From: Octopus vulgaris
Lineage: Eukaryota
NCBI GenBank assembly: GCA_951406725.2
Contig: OX597825.1
Span: 31,620,001-31,684,000 of the forward strand
Direction: 5' to 3'
Length of the DNA stretch: 64,000 nucleotides
Part shown: positions 62,926 through 64,000 of the stretch, piece by piece
Position numbering within the stretch: position 1 is the first letter of the stretch
How the letters are laid out: every line of letters starts with the position of its first letter
Notes under the pieces: model-generated
Databases searched by the model: none
Told to the model about the DNA's origin: nothing
Seen by the model: only the letters and a program-made list of their open reading frames with translations
Position numbers and translations under genes: made by a program

Positions 62926-63624
62926 GAATATATAAATACACACACACACACGCATACATTCAAAGAGATAGGTATATGAAGAAATAAATCCTATCTACTT
63001 GTAACTCAACACTCTGAAGCATCTCAGGAAAGGACTGATGCAAGAGGAAGCATGACAATCTCCTGATCGAAATCGCTAAGTGGTTTACCTTCAAAGAGTG
63101 AAGTCCAACAATCAATGAGCATCCCCACCAAAAAATATCAAATTCTTTAGAAATTTAAGGCTCCTAAGGCAAAAGCAATTCTGGGTGACCAATTTTCTAT
63201 TTTACAGCAAGTCTTTGACTGGGAAATACCATTGGATCTGGAGGGTATGCTCATCTTTCTATCCAGGAGTACAGAAACAATCATCATAGCTGGACTCAGA
63301 GTGCTCTGGGAGGACACTATTGACATTATTCACCTTTTGAAAAAAAAGAAAAAAAAACTGATGCAGTTCTTGTCAAAGGATCACATGCAGCCTCATTCTC
63401 CATTGAAGATAGTTGCTAGTAAGTTTCCCAGTAAGATTAGCGTGTTATTTCTGACAAAAAATTGACTTGGAACCCAAACAATTGAAGGAATCCACTAGCA
63501 AGATAATCATGTCAGCTGAGGCCAGCTGAAGGTGGTTGTGATGAACAAGATTCTGCAAATGAATCCCTTCTCAAGACAAAAGCAATTTCCGTTCTTATTT
63601 CCCTCCACAGGTGAAGTGTACAGG

Positions 63625-63862
63625 CTAAAGGCAGTGAGCTGGCAGAAACGTTAGCACGCTGGGCAAAATGTTTAGCGGTATTTAAATCTGCCGCTACGAT
63701 CTGAGTTCAAATTCCGCCAAGGTCAACTTTGCCTTTCATCCTTTCGGGGTCGATCAAATAAGTACCACTTATGTACTAGGGTCGTTGTAATCGACTTAAT
63801 CCATTTGTCTGTCCTTGTTTGTCCTTTTTGCATGTAGCCCCTTGTGGGCAGTAAAGAAATAG
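63625..63862 (+). mobile_element. SINE family C (Meta-domain-like core) with long target-site duplication
   Basis: gcctttcatcctttcggggtcgat core; aggtgaagtgtacaggctaaaggc repeated at 63609 and 63861. Confidence 0.85.
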
Positions 63863-64000
63863 GTGAAGTGTACAGGCTAAAGGCCAAAATGCTTGTGACC
63901 CTGTGATATATGCTAAAGATACAGAAGAGTTCCCGACAATGGAGTAGCTTTAGTCACCATCAGGACAAGAGCTTACAACATCTTTTAGTTTCTGATGGTG

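Overview
AT-rich, microsatellite- and SINE-dense eukaryotic DNA. The repeat landscape looks like an octopus (coleoid cephalopod) genome; this is an inference. Almost the whole window is one intron-rich gene on the minus strand. I assembled 22 GT-AG exons by hand, from the ATG at 61978 down to 412. All phases are consistent and they give about 752 codons of AP-5 adaptor complex subunit beta-1 (AP5B1); the 3' exons lie beyond the left edge. The introns hold tRNA-derived SINEs, RTE/CR1/R4-Dong LINE remnants, mariner and foldback DNA elements, a Helitron-like element and a 2.4-kb 20-bp minisatellite. Highlights: (1) an orphan class IIa HDAC (HDAC4-like) coding fragment with its own splice acceptor, inserted into a SINE in AP5B1 intron 3; (2) about nine minimal type I hammerhead-ribozyme motifs in several small, mostly (TA)n-embedded Penelope/retrozyme-like repeat families; (3) a minisatellite apparently amplified from a SINE A-box head; (4) several long intronic fold-backs. 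Most ORFs in the supplied track are repeat artefacts. Repeat boundaries are approximate, and protein family calls rest on remembered motifs, not database searches.
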